DNA of 64,000 nucleotides from Haliotis cracherodii (Eukaryota): NCBI RefSeq assembly GCF_022045235.1, contig NW_027266330.1, positions 46,066,001 to 46,130,000 of the forward strand, read 5' to 3'. Shown piece by piece: positions 25,901 to 36,336 of this stretch (position 1 is its first letter; each line of letters starts with the position of its first letter). The notes under the pieces were generated by a model. It saw only the letters and a program-made list of their open reading frames with translations, ran no database searches and was not told where the DNA came from. The position numbers and the translations under genes were made by a program.

Positions 25901-28900
25901 ATCCCACCTGAAGCACACAGACGTGCTAACACACATTGTCCAACCAAATAGATTCATATACTAGTATATGACTCAAATTTTTATGCGTTAAGAGGTCGTT
26001 GTATTTGTTACAGCTCAGAACTCATTCAATCGAAAGTCAACTATGAAGAATGGATTTGGACAAGCTGTACAACTTTATGTCGTCAACATGAAGTAATTCC
26101 GCGTATTCACGACATACAATCTGTGGTCTTGATATCACATATATGACATACCTGTTGTTTCAGCTGCTTTTCCTGTGTCAGCTGAACCTGTTAAGACGTT
26201 AAATGGCGAAACTGAAAACATTATACAATTGATGTTATACTGAAACAGAAGTCCATATGAGTTAAGAAATCAACACAGTGTACACTTTTTTTTTTTATCT
26301 TTCTTTATAAGCATCTGTCATAATTCTGAGAAGACAAATCAGAAATAGAACTGTAGAAATAGAACTGAGGCTTTGTCTTGACCTGAAAAGATTATATTTC
26401 TCAGCTTTTTATATAAACTGAGCAATGATAAATAGAATTCAAAAGGTACACGATCATCCGAGGGCAGATGAATATTGAAATGTTTCTTTAACCTTACATG
26501 TCCTTCCCGGACGAGTATTAATCAACACTTACACAGATTGCAAGACGCCCGGCACATTTTTTTCATTTTCTTTGCCTTTTTGTTCTGGGTACAAAATCCC
26601 TTCTCAGCCAGTTGCTTACAATTACGCTTTCTATCTTTACATGCATCACCTATAAGTAAGGAATGACAGATTACAATTTGTTACTTGCATAATCATCTAT
26701 TACATCTTATGTCTATAAAGGAGAGTGGTGTCTGACAAACAATATAGGCTTAAATTATTGTCAACAAATATCAAAAAGAAACATTCACAAATATTTTTTA
26801 ACTTCCAACACTGGAAAAAAGCTCTATACCGCCTACTATGTATTTCCACGCGAAAAAGTCATGGTTTTTTTAATTCGTATTTGTATTACTTTAAGGCCGG
26901 AGCACTCTTTTTTGTGTACACGACACGGCATACCCATTAGCAAATACGGAACCTAAACCGAGTAACTAATGACGGTACGGAAACCGAGTATCTAATGACA
27001 CAACAGAAACCGAGTATCTAATGACACAACAGAAACCGAGTATCTAATGACGGTACAGAAACCGGGTATCTAATGACACAACAGAAACCGGGTATCTAAT
27101 GACTGAACAGAAACCGGGTATATAATGACGGAACAGAAACCGAGTATCTAATGACGGTACAGAAACCGTGTATCTAATGACGGTACAGAAACCGGGTATC
27201 TAATGACACAACAGAAACCGAGTATCTAATGACGGTACAGAAACCGGGTATCTAATGTCGGAACAGAAACCGGATATCTAATGACGGTACAGAAACCGAG
27301 TATCTAATGACGGTACAGAAACCGAGTATCTAATGACGGTACAGAAACCGAGTATCTAATGACACAACAGAAACCGAGTATCTAATGACACAACAGAAAC
27401 CGAGTATCTAATGACACAACAGAAACCGGGTATCTAATGACGAAACCGAAATCGAGTATCTGATTACATGGTTTGAAATTGTTCGACGCTTACAGTAACC
27501 TAAATGATTCCTTTGTATCTTTGCATGATAGGATGTCACGTAGCTCTTTCGACCATCTGGAGGAACATACAATGTTTTATTACCACGTTTACAGCATGTA
27601 TCGGCCGTATATTAGACCTACTGAAGATTTTCCAAAACGTTAAACCCTTTCATTCGGCCCCTAAAAGCACATGGATAAAGAAATTCTTTCTTTTACTTTA
27701 GATAACAGTGAGTGAGTGAGTTGGGTTTAACGCCGCTTTTAACAGTATTCCAGTTATATCGCGGCGTGTCAGCTTAATGTGGGAGGAAAGCCCGAAGTGA
27801 TGCAGGTCTCAGACGTTTACCACCTCGATGAAACCCACGAGCACGCGTATGGTGCTGACAAACCTAGAAACATAATTTGGGAGAACCAGGATTCGAACCC
27901 ACAATCATAGGTTTCTGGCGTGCCCAAGGGACACAACTCTGCACAGTGAATCGCGGCGTCTTAGACGACTGGGCCACCTGTGCCCCCATACTTAAGATAA
28001 CAGGCATACACTTACAGAATTATATGCGTTTACTATTAGTCTCTTTTTGGACTTAATCTTTCGCAGCCTGTATTTTTAAAAAGTGTTTTCGTCCTTCGAG
28101 ACCTTTAATAAAGAAATATTTTTATTTATAATATCAACACTTACATGCGAGTGATGGGATTAAACTCATGGCGTATGCTTGATGGTGAACCACATTTCAC
28201 ATCACTGGTTTGCCAATACAAATTCCATCACCTAGACAGCACACTGATTGATTTGTTGAAATCGATTGAGTTCTCCAATCGTAACATGCCTAGTGCTTGT
28301 CGTTTATGCGCTGCTGTAATGTACTGTCTCGCAAAGAAAACTACTCTAACACAGCAGGTATTCCCCAACGCCATACATTCCACCCACACAAAGTCATGCT
28401 GGTGTTTTGGAACTTTCTACCAGTAGTTATTCCTACCAAATACTGAACATGACCAATACATGATGTCTTTGTAATCACTCCTCATACGCTCCCACATTTG
28501 TTTCATAAGTTTAAATCATTTTCCGAAGCGAACTTGCATACATTTTCGGGTTGTAATCAATGTCAAATATTAAACCATTAACTCATCTAATGTTGAACTT
28601 TCACTAGAAGTAATTCATTAATTAGATGGTTATCAATTTCATCGAATGTCAGATATTCGTGCCAATATCGTGAATACACAACTTTTATAAAATATTTGCT
28701 ACAGGCCTGGAGTGTTTTTACTGGGTTTGTATATGTAACTTCTTGTGGTCATGTCAACTGTTTCTTTGTCACTCAGGCAGTTGAACCTCTCCTTTGTAAA
28801 ACACATTTCCATTATAATGACACCCTAGATGACTGGGTCACCATTGCGTATAGGGCAGAAATGAACACATCACTAGTTCCATACAAATCCTTAAAGAGTA

Positions 28901-29973
28901 GCAAAAGGGTCATACTAAACAAATAAATACCTTTACTGTATATACGAGCAGCAAATAATAACGCAATTTCACATCTTTAACGAATGTATGTTTAATTGGC
29001 TCTTGAACAATAACATAGATGTTTTGAAAAGGTGTGTGAGTTTGGTGATTTATGTCAGAAATTATTTCGAAATTATTGTAGGTGGGCATGGTGAAATAAT
29101 GACTGTTAGTGACTGAGTATGGTTTTACGCCGCTTTTAGCAATATTCCAGCAATATCACGGCGGGGGACACCAGAAATGGGCTTCACACATTGTACCCAT
29201 GTCGGGAATCGAGCCCGGGTGTTCGGCGTGACGGGCGAACGCTTTAACCACAAGGCTACCCGACTCTTAGTTTAGGTTGCATAATGAAGGGTTTAGGTTT
29301 CTGAAATATTCAAATTATGCGTAGTAAGATATTTTTAGGGCAGAACTGACGATGGAAATCGACTTACAGTCTGTATTTCAATTGTTTGGAACAACAGGCG
29401 TCATAGTGTAGCTCTGCTGTTTTGAACCAAACCTTGCAAAGTTTGTTCATTTTCTTTGAGGGAAACCCCTTTACGTATGCTCTCGGGTGGCCCAGTCGTC
29501 TAAGGCGCCGCGATTCGCTGTGCAGAGTTGCGTCCCTTGGGCACGCCAGAAACATATGATTGTGGGTTCGAATCCCGGTTCGCCCCAATTATGTCTCTAG
29601 GTTTGTCAGCACCATACCCGTGCTCGTGGGTTTCACCGTAGTGGTAAACGTCTGAGACCTGCATCACTTCGGGCTTTCCTCCCACATTAAGCTGACACGC
29701 CGCGATATAACTGGAATACTGTTAAAAGCAGCGTTAAACCCAACTCACTCACTCACGTATGCTCACGGGTATATATGTGCTTAATGTTACTTTAACCTCA
29801 CGTTGCGCTTTCGATTCAATTCAGCATGGTCACAATGTAAGGTAACATACATGCAGCTCTTCATTGAAAACACAGTTTTTGAATTGTCAGACTCAAAGGG
29901 TGGACTTACTTTGATCGGTCAAGCACAGGATGCAGATTCCCAGCAGTAGAATACAAGTAGCAGCTCCGTGCAT
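16862..29973 (-). CDS. Spliced gene for a secreted, highly cationic 4xShKT (ShK toxin-like) domain protein, ~210 aa; join(29973-29910, 26649-26533, 25603-25484, 24266-24147, 20956-20909, 19841-19731, 16914-16862)
   Basis: Manual splice reconstruction. All introns are GT-AG and phase 1, and the frame stays open: MHGAATCILLLGICILCLTDQSDA-CKDRKRNCKQLAEKGFCTQNKKAKKMKKMCRASCNLC-GAG-CKDKKRSCKKKAAKGFCTHKKHSKKMKKRCKASCHLC-DTK-CEDEKRNCKKQAGKGFCTDKKHAKKMRKHCKASCNLC-SGTSGTAGTDPPQVPE-CKDEKPKCKKFAKKGFCTDKKHKKKMKKRCKASCNLC-IQNMPGRPSYSGPEEP*. The C-x6-C-x8-C-x12-C-x3-C-x2-C spacing with an N-terminal CxD fits ShKT. The last exon is the least certain. Confidence 0.88.
17462..17712 (-). mobile_element. Family D copy
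   Basis: Near full-length match. Confidence 0.78.
17725..18565. repeat. 41-bp minisatellite
   Basis: TGCCAACCTTGCACATGT[T/A]CACGTGTCTGTATGTCAAACTA and variants. Confidence 0.93.
18646..18910 (+). mobile_element. Family D copy
   Basis: Full-length match. Confidence 0.8.
19731..19841 (-). CDS. ShKT gene exon 6 (ShKT domain 4)
   Basis: attatag|AG TGT AAA GAC GAA...TGC AAT CTG T|gtaagt; 111 nt. Confidence 0.9.
19926..20192 (-). mobile_element. SINE family B copy
   Basis: Reverse complement of family B. Confidence 0.85.
20909..20956 (-). CDS. ShKT gene exon 5 (Gly/Thr/Pro linker, (C)SGTSGTAGTDPPQVP(E))
   Basis: caacag|GT TCG GGT ACC...GTG CCA G|gtgtgt; 48 nt. Needed to complete the last Cys of domain 3 and to avoid a T|AG stop at the exon 4 to exon 6 junction. 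Confidence 0.78.
21125..21460. repeat. 30-bp minisatellite, about 11 copies
   Basis: GCATTTCGAACATGTAGGGGAGGTATGG[C/T]T. Confidence 0.95.
22746..23026 (+). mobile_element. tRNA(Leu-like)-headed SINE family B (about 280 bp)
   Basis: GGGTGGCCCAGTCGTCTAAGGCGC...GTGGGTTCGAATCCC head; tail GATATAACTGGA.TACTGTTAAAAGCGGCGTTAAAC + (ACTC)n. Confidence 0.85.
23030..24003 (+). mobile_element. Degenerate Tc1-like transposon (in ShKT intron 4)
   Basis: Fragments YEVARHFDVH, GGVMVWGGIT...IVNGSLSGERYRD, QDNAR, SPTENVWDEI with frameshifts. Confidence 0.75.
24147..24266 (-). CDS. ShKT gene exon 4 (ShKT domain 3)
   Basis: attatag|GT GAC ACA AAG TGT GAG GAC...TGC AAT CTG T|gtaagt; 120 nt, phase 1-1. Confidence 0.92.
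25040..25353 (-). mobile_element. SINE family C copy
   Basis: Reverse complement of 864-1186. Confidence 0.8.
25484..25603 (-). CDS. ShKT gene exon 3 (ShKT domain 2)
   Basis: tacag|GT GGC GCT GGC TGT AAG GAC...TGC CAT CTG T|gtaagt; 120 nt; an alternative in-frame acceptor lies 6 nt upstream (25609). Confidence 0.92.
26533..26649 (-). CDS. ShKT gene exon 2 (ShKT domain 1)
   Basis: ttatag|GT GAT GCA TGT AAA GAT...TGC AAT CTG T|gtaagt; 117 nt, symmetric phase 1. Confidence 0.92.
26955..27460. repeat. 26-bp minisatellite; shorter paralogous array at 20446-20612
   Basis: CAGAAACCGAGTATCTAATGAC[GGTA/ACAA]. Confidence 0.93.
27708..27987 (-). mobile_element. SINE family B copy
   Basis: Reverse complement of family B. 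Confidence 0.85.
29107..29263 (-). mobile_element. SINE family A copy
   Basis: Reverse complement of family A. Confidence 0.8.
29484..29755 (+). mobile_element. SINE family B copy
   Basis: Near-identical to 22746-23026. Confidence 0.85.
29910..29973 (-). CDS. ShKT gene exon 1 (signal peptide MHGAATCILLLGICILCLTDQ)
   Basis: ATG at 29973, hydrophobic core, donor A|GTAAGT at 29909 (phase 1); TATA box about 80 nt upstream. Confidence 0.85.
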
Positions 29974-30053
29974 CCTGGCCTTGTCAGCCACCTCAACAAA
30001 TCGCAGAACCTTTTCCTTATGAAAATATCCTACAATGGCCGTTATATTACCTA

Positions 30054-30062
30054 CTATTTATA
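30054..30062 (-). promoter_or_regulatory. TATA box (TATAAATAG) of the ShKT gene
   Basis: Consensus TATA in a GC-flanked context, about 80 nt upstream of the ATG at 29973. Confidence 0.6.
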
Positions 30063-30492
30063 GGCAGCCGATATCTGTTTAATGATATGTGCCAGGTTGG
30101 CACATATAGTAAACAGTATATAACACAATACCTGGAGCAAACAGATGTGAAACATGATCTCCCTGAGAAGCAAGGCTAACAACAATTCCTGTCATGTCAC
30201 ACGAAATGTGCATTTTCAGCTATAGTTATGGTTAGGCTATTGTTTTATTAACCTAACATATGAAAATAGAAATAAGAATAGTAGAGAACTATATCAGCCT
30301 GAATAATACATTTCAACCGACTTAGGGAAGTTTTGTGGTAGATTCCTCAAGACAAAGATCAACCAGCGTTCGATTCCCATCATAGCTATAAAGCCTATCC
30401 GTGGGATCCCACGCCATGATATTGCCGTGATGGGCATTACATCACACACTCTCCTTCCCTCGACGTTGTCACATTCATATCTGTATTTGTAA

Positions 30493-30812
30493 AGTGAGGT
30501 GAAATGGACGCCGAGTTCAAGATTATTTCACTCCTACAGAGACGCCCATGCACGGTTACATGTGTCTGGCTGATTGTACTAGTTCTAGCCCACTAAGATA
30601 CCATGCCGTAGTTTAACATGAATACCCCACTCAGACACATATTACTAAATCCGAACCGACCAGCCTTTGTTTTATCCTCGCAATACTAAACGTGAGTCAT
30701 GTTAACAACAACTACCATCTTTTAACGTATTTTGGTATGACGCTGTGGGATCAAACCACTGACCTTTCACTCTCCGGGCAGACGTTCTACAACTGGACCA
30801 CCCAGGCAGTCA
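30493..30812 (-). mobile_element. SINE family C copy (diverged)
   Basis: Reverse complement of 864-1186. Confidence 0.7.
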
Positions 30813-30839
30813 AAAGTATTAACAAATGTAATCTATTCG

Positions 30840-31330
30840 TAAGAATATGGTGTGACCCTTGTTGATTACATATAACATCAGAAGACGATTCCCGGTGCCT
30901 ACTATGCTGATTTGCTTCTTCGCCCGAGAGAGTCTATCAAAGAAAAGCGGCGTGGAATGCTGACTGCTGGAGTTCCACTACTTCATGACAATGCCTCTTC
31001 TCACACCTCTCGACTTGCAAAAGCTGCTGTGCTTCCCCACCCTTTCTACTCGCCAGACTTGGCACCAAGTGACTTCCACCAGTTTCCTAACCTGATATAA
31101 CACCTCTATGGAGAGCGCTGTGACGACAACAATGGCCTCAAAGCTGCTGTGAATGGGGTTTTCGGGGTGGCTTCAGAAAACTTCTTCCTGACTGGAATTG
31201 AAAAGCTTTACTATAGATAAGAGAAGTGTATACAAAAGCAGGGAGATTATGTTAATAAAATAAAATTATAAACACTTTCACAATTGTTTGTTCTGTTTGT
31301 TAGGCTCAGAACCTTTGACCAGCCGTCGTA
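30840..31330 (+). mobile_element. mariner (D34D) 3' fragment
   Basis: IKEKRRGML..GVPLLHDNASSHTS...PHPFYSPDLAPSDFH.FP; ends with a TIR-like CAGCCGTCGTA. Confidence 0.8.
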
Positions 31331-33136
31331 AGTATATATACAATGTCAACGCAAGAGAGTGGCCAAGTGTTCGCGAAAAGGGTAAGCATGTCCTGCCCTA
31401 CCGGTAGCAACGCCATTGACACAATTGGCATAAAAAAATTAAGTATTTATTGCCTGAGCCGACTGAAGGCACTGGCGGATCAAGATGTGTGAATTTGGTG
31501 CAAACCCTCCGCTATTTCCCACACCCGACGTCGATGTCTGTTTATCTGTCCTGTTTTCGTCCAATTTTGACCAAGGTAGTGTGCTGCCCCTTCTACAAAA
31601 CCCTGGATCCACCCCTGTAACGAAACGGGTCGCCAGACTCGTTGACTCGGTTGCCCATGTGTCATTGTAAACCAACAATGGGGGACGGTGCGCATACTAT
31701 CAGTCACATGTTTGTCTGGTCCAGACTCGATTTGTGACATGCCGCCGTAATATAGCTTGAATATTGCTGAGTGTGGCTCTGAGGAACAAACAGACAGAAA
31801 TAAAGGAACATCGACATAACTTCCATAATATCAGTCACATGTTTGCCTGGTCTAGACACGATTTGTGACATGCCGCCGTAATATAGCTTGAATATTGCTG
31901 AGTGTGGCTCTGAGGACCAAACAAACAGAAACAAAAAGAACATCGACATAACTTCCATTTAGTGTACAGAAGATCATAGGTGTTACCAGGTGATCACCAA
32001 GCTAGAGTTATATCCAGAAATAAACAGGTATAAACTATATTAAATACTAGTATCAAACAGGTACATGTGCACCTGAACAGCGAATGTCTGATGTCCCTGG
32101 AGTCCATGATGGCGGGAGTTGATACGGATCTGGCTTCCAATTAGAAGGAACCCAATAAAGTATGTAACCGAAACCATGCCTAATAATGTAGGGGACTTTT
32201 TTATTTGCTTTCGTGTGACCTGAAACATTGAACGTATTTTCTCAGGGTTCCTACCCTTCGTGTAGTAACGAAATATGTCAGATGTTGACAATGTGGCAGG
32301 TTTGACATATTCAGTGGCAGAAAACCTGTGCGGTTATTTCTACAGAGTAAGTATGGGAAAATTTGTTTTTCTTCTGAGACCTATCTTAATTGAAAGTTAT
32401 TTGTTTATTCTGAGATATGAGTTCGAGGATCAGCTTCAGGCGGGAATTGAAAAAATCCCTCAGACGATATAACCGCAGAACTGATAAGTTGCTCTCCTCT
32501 CACCACTGTCAAATGTAGCGTGTTTAAATCAATATAAAATAAATAGTAAGTGACATTAATATGACAACTGTGCATTAGCTATTATAATACCTTTCAGTTT
32601 CAACCCTTTTTTCACATAATTGATGGTGCTATAGATGCCATACACCAATCTGATAAACTTGGCATCACGATCCAATACTTGCGCATATAACTTCATTTAA
32701 TAAGCACCATACATTGATGAAAACTGTTGTTATTGCTGCTGCTGCTGCTGTTGTTATAGTAGCTGTTTATTCTGGTTGAGTGGCTGTGTACACAATACGT
32801 TTCCATGGTAACAACAAGTACAGTATTCTAGGAAAACTTATTTCACATTGACATTTAACATAGTTATCAATATCGCTACACTCGCTTATACATACTGGTA
32901 ATGTTAACGTTGTAGTTCCTCAAAGGGAACTTATGGGTAAAAATAATTGTTGATTTAAATAACAAGGGGTTGTCATCAATTGTAGATGTTTATCAAATGT
33001 AATTACGACGCTTCACATAATATTTTGACAAATATGTATTCCGTAATTCTAGATATTGTGGACATTTGAATAATACATGACATTCGTCTCCTTTGTTAAT
33101 GTTGCCTCTAAGTTTGAATATCTTCAAAAATCAGAA

Positions 33137-33298
33137 GGGGTGGTCGGGTAGCCTAGTGGTTAAAGCGTTTGATCGTCTCGCCGAAGACCCGGGTTCGATT
33201 CCCGACATGGGTACAATGTGTGCAGCCCATTTCTGGTGTCCCCCGCCGTGATATTGCTGGAATATTGCTAAAAGCGGCGTAAAACTATACTCACTCAC
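33137..33298 (+). mobile_element. SINE family A copy
   Basis: Near-identical to 36156-36322. Confidence 0.85.
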
Positions 33299-33299
33299 A

Positions 33300-33800
33300 C
33301 TCTGAGTACTTGTCATTACTTCTTACACAATTCTTTACTTGTTCATGCTACTTGCTTATAGTTTCAACATCTTGCTGCTGACTCTTCGCAATTTAAGCAA
33401 GGCACAATGTTACACGGTTAATGGAGTCAAATGCTTTAGAAATATCTACAAAAAGCGCATAAAGCTTAGCTACTTTACTTGATAAATAACGTTGAATTAA
33501 GGAATGTACCAAAAGAATATTGTCTACAGTTGAATACCTCTCTCTAAAACCAGTTTGGGCCTCATCTATTTTCTTAAATGATTCAGCCCAAAATACAAAT
33601 CTTCTATTAATCATATCTAAGAATATTTTACTCAGTGTGCTTAATTATGTGATGCCTCTGTAGTTATTGGTATCATTTACATTACCTTGTTTGTGGAGAG
33701 GAATGATAATGCCCACTCACCAATCTTTAGGAAAATTGGAGTTTATTAAAAAATAGCATTAAATAAAACTTCTAAATATAGGACAATTATATCTGATGAA
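33300..33800 (-). mobile_element. Non-LTR retrotransposon RT fragment
   Basis: NNYRGIT.LSTLSKIF...QTGFRERYSTVDNI...LYALFVDISKAFDSINR. Confidence 0.8.
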
Positions 33801-33809
33801 TTCCGAAAC

Positions 33810-34290
33810 ACACCTCGGTTATTAGGCTGTCAATACCAGGGGAACAGGTATGAACGGCAAAGCCTAGCATGTGTTCGGGAGTTCGTCCCTTTGGAGGTGG
33901 TGGAGTAATGTTATTGGTGGGGCATTTTGTGGCCAACAAAAGATACCGTTAGTCACCATTCAAGAAAATGTGAACGCCCTAAGCATACTGGGATCAAGTT
34001 TGGGCACTATTTATTGTGCCCTTTGTGCAACAACAAGCACGTGGAGCACGTTTCCAGTACCGCAACGCCAGACCCCATACAGCCAGACTTACCATGAACT
34101 GGAAACTGGTTTTGGCATGGCCGGCCCCTCCTGTCAAACACCTAGGCCTAGGGGTTCATCTAGGGGTACGATTGAGACGACGACTTGGACGGCCACAGAA
34201 CATACACCAATTTGAAGAGACTCTGCATAAAAAGTGGAGGGCGATCGTGATATTCAGCTGTAACACGTTTACGCTGGAGGCAACACTCAC
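33810..34290 (+). mobile_element. Degenerate Tc1 transposase C-terminal fragment
   Basis: FGGGGVMLLVG..., PFVQQ...FQYRNARPHTARLT, WPA motifs. Confidence 0.65.
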
Positions 34291-34491
34291 TAACTCACAC
34301 TATCGATCACAGGATTATGTGCACCAGATTAGTTTGCAGAGCACCATGGCATTAGTTGTAACTTTGCTGAATGTGGTGAAGACAACACTCACCCACTCAC
34401 TCGATCACACTATCGACCACTGGTTTATGTGCACCAGAATATATTAAAGAGCACCATGATTATATTGTGTGACATCGCTGGTTGCGGTGGA

Positions 34492-34710
34492 ATGAGTGAG
34501 TGAGCTTTGTAAGATTATTCCAGTTATATCACTGCGTGTCAGCTAAATGTGGGAGGAAAACCCCAAGTGATGCAGGTCTCAGACGTTTACCACTTACGTG
34601 AAATCCACGAGCACGGGTATGGTGCCGACAAACCTAGTAACGTAATCGGTACGAACCGGGATTCGAATCCACAATCATAGGCGTGCCCAAGGGACGCAAC
34701 TCGTGCCCCC
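34492..34710 (-). mobile_element. SINE family B copy (partial)
   Basis: Reverse complement of family B. Confidence 0.75.
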
Positions 34711-34727
34711 TGATTACGGTTGAAACA

Positions 34728-34785
34728 ACACTCACTCACTCACTCACTCACTCACTCACTCACTCACTCACTCACTCACTCACTC
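34728..34785. repeat. (CACT)n microsatellite
   Basis: Direct reading. Confidence 0.9.
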
Positions 34786-34834
34786 GACCTCTGGTTTATG
34801 TGCACCAGATCATACAACAGGGCATCGTGATATA

Positions 34835-35593
34835 TAAACTAATGTCCAAAAGAAACGATACCACACATTTTTCTAAATATTTTATTATGAAGAGTTAATT
34901 TTCGTCTGAAAAGGTACTTTTGCGTATCCTACGTTACAAACCAAACGTATTCGGTCGATAAAACCGGGAACATTTGATCAATTGAGAAAAAAGCGTGCAG
35001 TTTGCCCAAATGACGTTCCGTCCCGTAACACGAAATATACGTGCATATCTTCTGTATAAAACTGCTGACCCGACACTTTGGGATCACAGCAACAAAAAGC
35101 ACACAAAAGAATTGCCATGTTTGACAGCGATTGAGAGAGAGAGAGCCGTAGGAATGCTCCAACAGGGAGCTCCGCACCGCGACGTCGCCAGAGGGTTAGG
35201 ATGCGCGCGCATTACCGTCATCAGGTTAATGCAGCGGTTGCGTCAAACAGGTGGGACAGCAGACAGGCCGAGAACCGGGAGACCACGGGTGACCACGCCT
35301 ATTGAAGACCGCCACATCCGGGTACTTCACCATCGTAACGGCTTCGTAACGGCGACGTTAACGGCACGGACGGCACTGGGACACGTGATAAGTCGACAAA
35401 CCGTGTACAGGAGACTGCGGGCACATGGTATCCGAGCACGTCGCCCCTACCGCGGAGCGTTCCTGACACCTCAACACCGACTCAACAGACGGATATGGGC
35501 CAGGCGACTTCGACGGTGGCAACGGTGGAACTGGGCACGTGTCATGTTTTCTGACGAAAGCAGATTTTGCATCTTCAGGAACGACGGCCGGCA
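34835..35593 (+). mobile_element. Tc1-like transposon, 5' half (truncated transposase)
   Basis: ORF 34995-35666 contains the paired-like HTH (ERERAVGMLQQG...VAR.LG...RLRQTG.TADRPRTGRPRVTT..EDR.IR) and WARVMFSDESRF (first catalytic D). Similarity ends at about 35593 and the start codon is mutated to TTG. Confidence 0.88.
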
Positions 35594-36155
35594 GCTATGT
35601 TTGTTTGTAGACACTGAAGGTAATACATACCTGACCTTTCATATGTGCATCTCTCTCCGTATATGACCCAAACGAGAAACACACCCATATATATTTATCA
35701 AAAGTTCCAAGTCATCAGAAGGTAGCAGTTCACCGCTAGACTCACCTATACGTGTGTTTATTCATGTATGGGAGGCCATAGGCCCATGTACATTTCAGTT
35801 ATATATAGTAACATACAATTGAGACAATTTACATTGCAAACAATCTTAAGGGTATAATATTACGACTTGGTACGTAATGATAGGGCTTCCTTCACATACT
35901 TAGCTACATTTCTGAGTATACAGTCATTTTTGCTATTTAAGAGATTACTCACCTAATAGAGTTTCATCACGAAATATTCAACGGTTTTGAAGTTCGGACT
36001 GACGGATGAACGGACAAGCTGATAGTTACATCCCCTGGGTTGTTTTTTTTAAACCGAAGGCGTAATAATTTGATATGTACTAGTACATGTATATATCTCC
36101 ATTCGAGGCAAGCTAAGTCAACTCATCACCTGTACGAGTTCGTTTCTACCTCGGA

Positions 36156-36322
36156 GGGGGCGGTCGGGTAGCCTAGTGGTTAAAGCGTTCGCTCGTCACG
36201 CCGAAGACCCGGGTTCGATTCCCTACATGGGTACAATGTGTGAAGCCCATTTCTGGTGACCCCCGCCGTGATATTGCTGGAATATTGCTAAAAGCGGCGT
36301 AAAACCAAATTTACTCACTCAC
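36156..36322 (+). mobile_element. tRNA-derived SINE family A (about 165 bp)
   Basis: A box TAGCCTAGTGG, B box GGTTCGATTCC, tail GATATTGCTGGAATATTGCTAAAAGCGGCGTAAAAC + (ACTC)n. Confidence 0.85.
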
Positions 36323-36336
36323 TTCTACCTCGGAGA

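Noticed and set aside
19661-26666. Plus-strand paralogous ORFs 'QHLHRLHDALQRFFIFF...'
   Set aside because: Antisense shadows of the minus-strand ShK exons; splice signals and the Cys pattern support the minus strand.
36156-36230. tRNA genes (also at 864, 22746, 33137 and others)
   Set aside because: A/B boxes are present, but they are fused to SINE bodies and tails in many dispersed copies and lack a proper acceptor stem.
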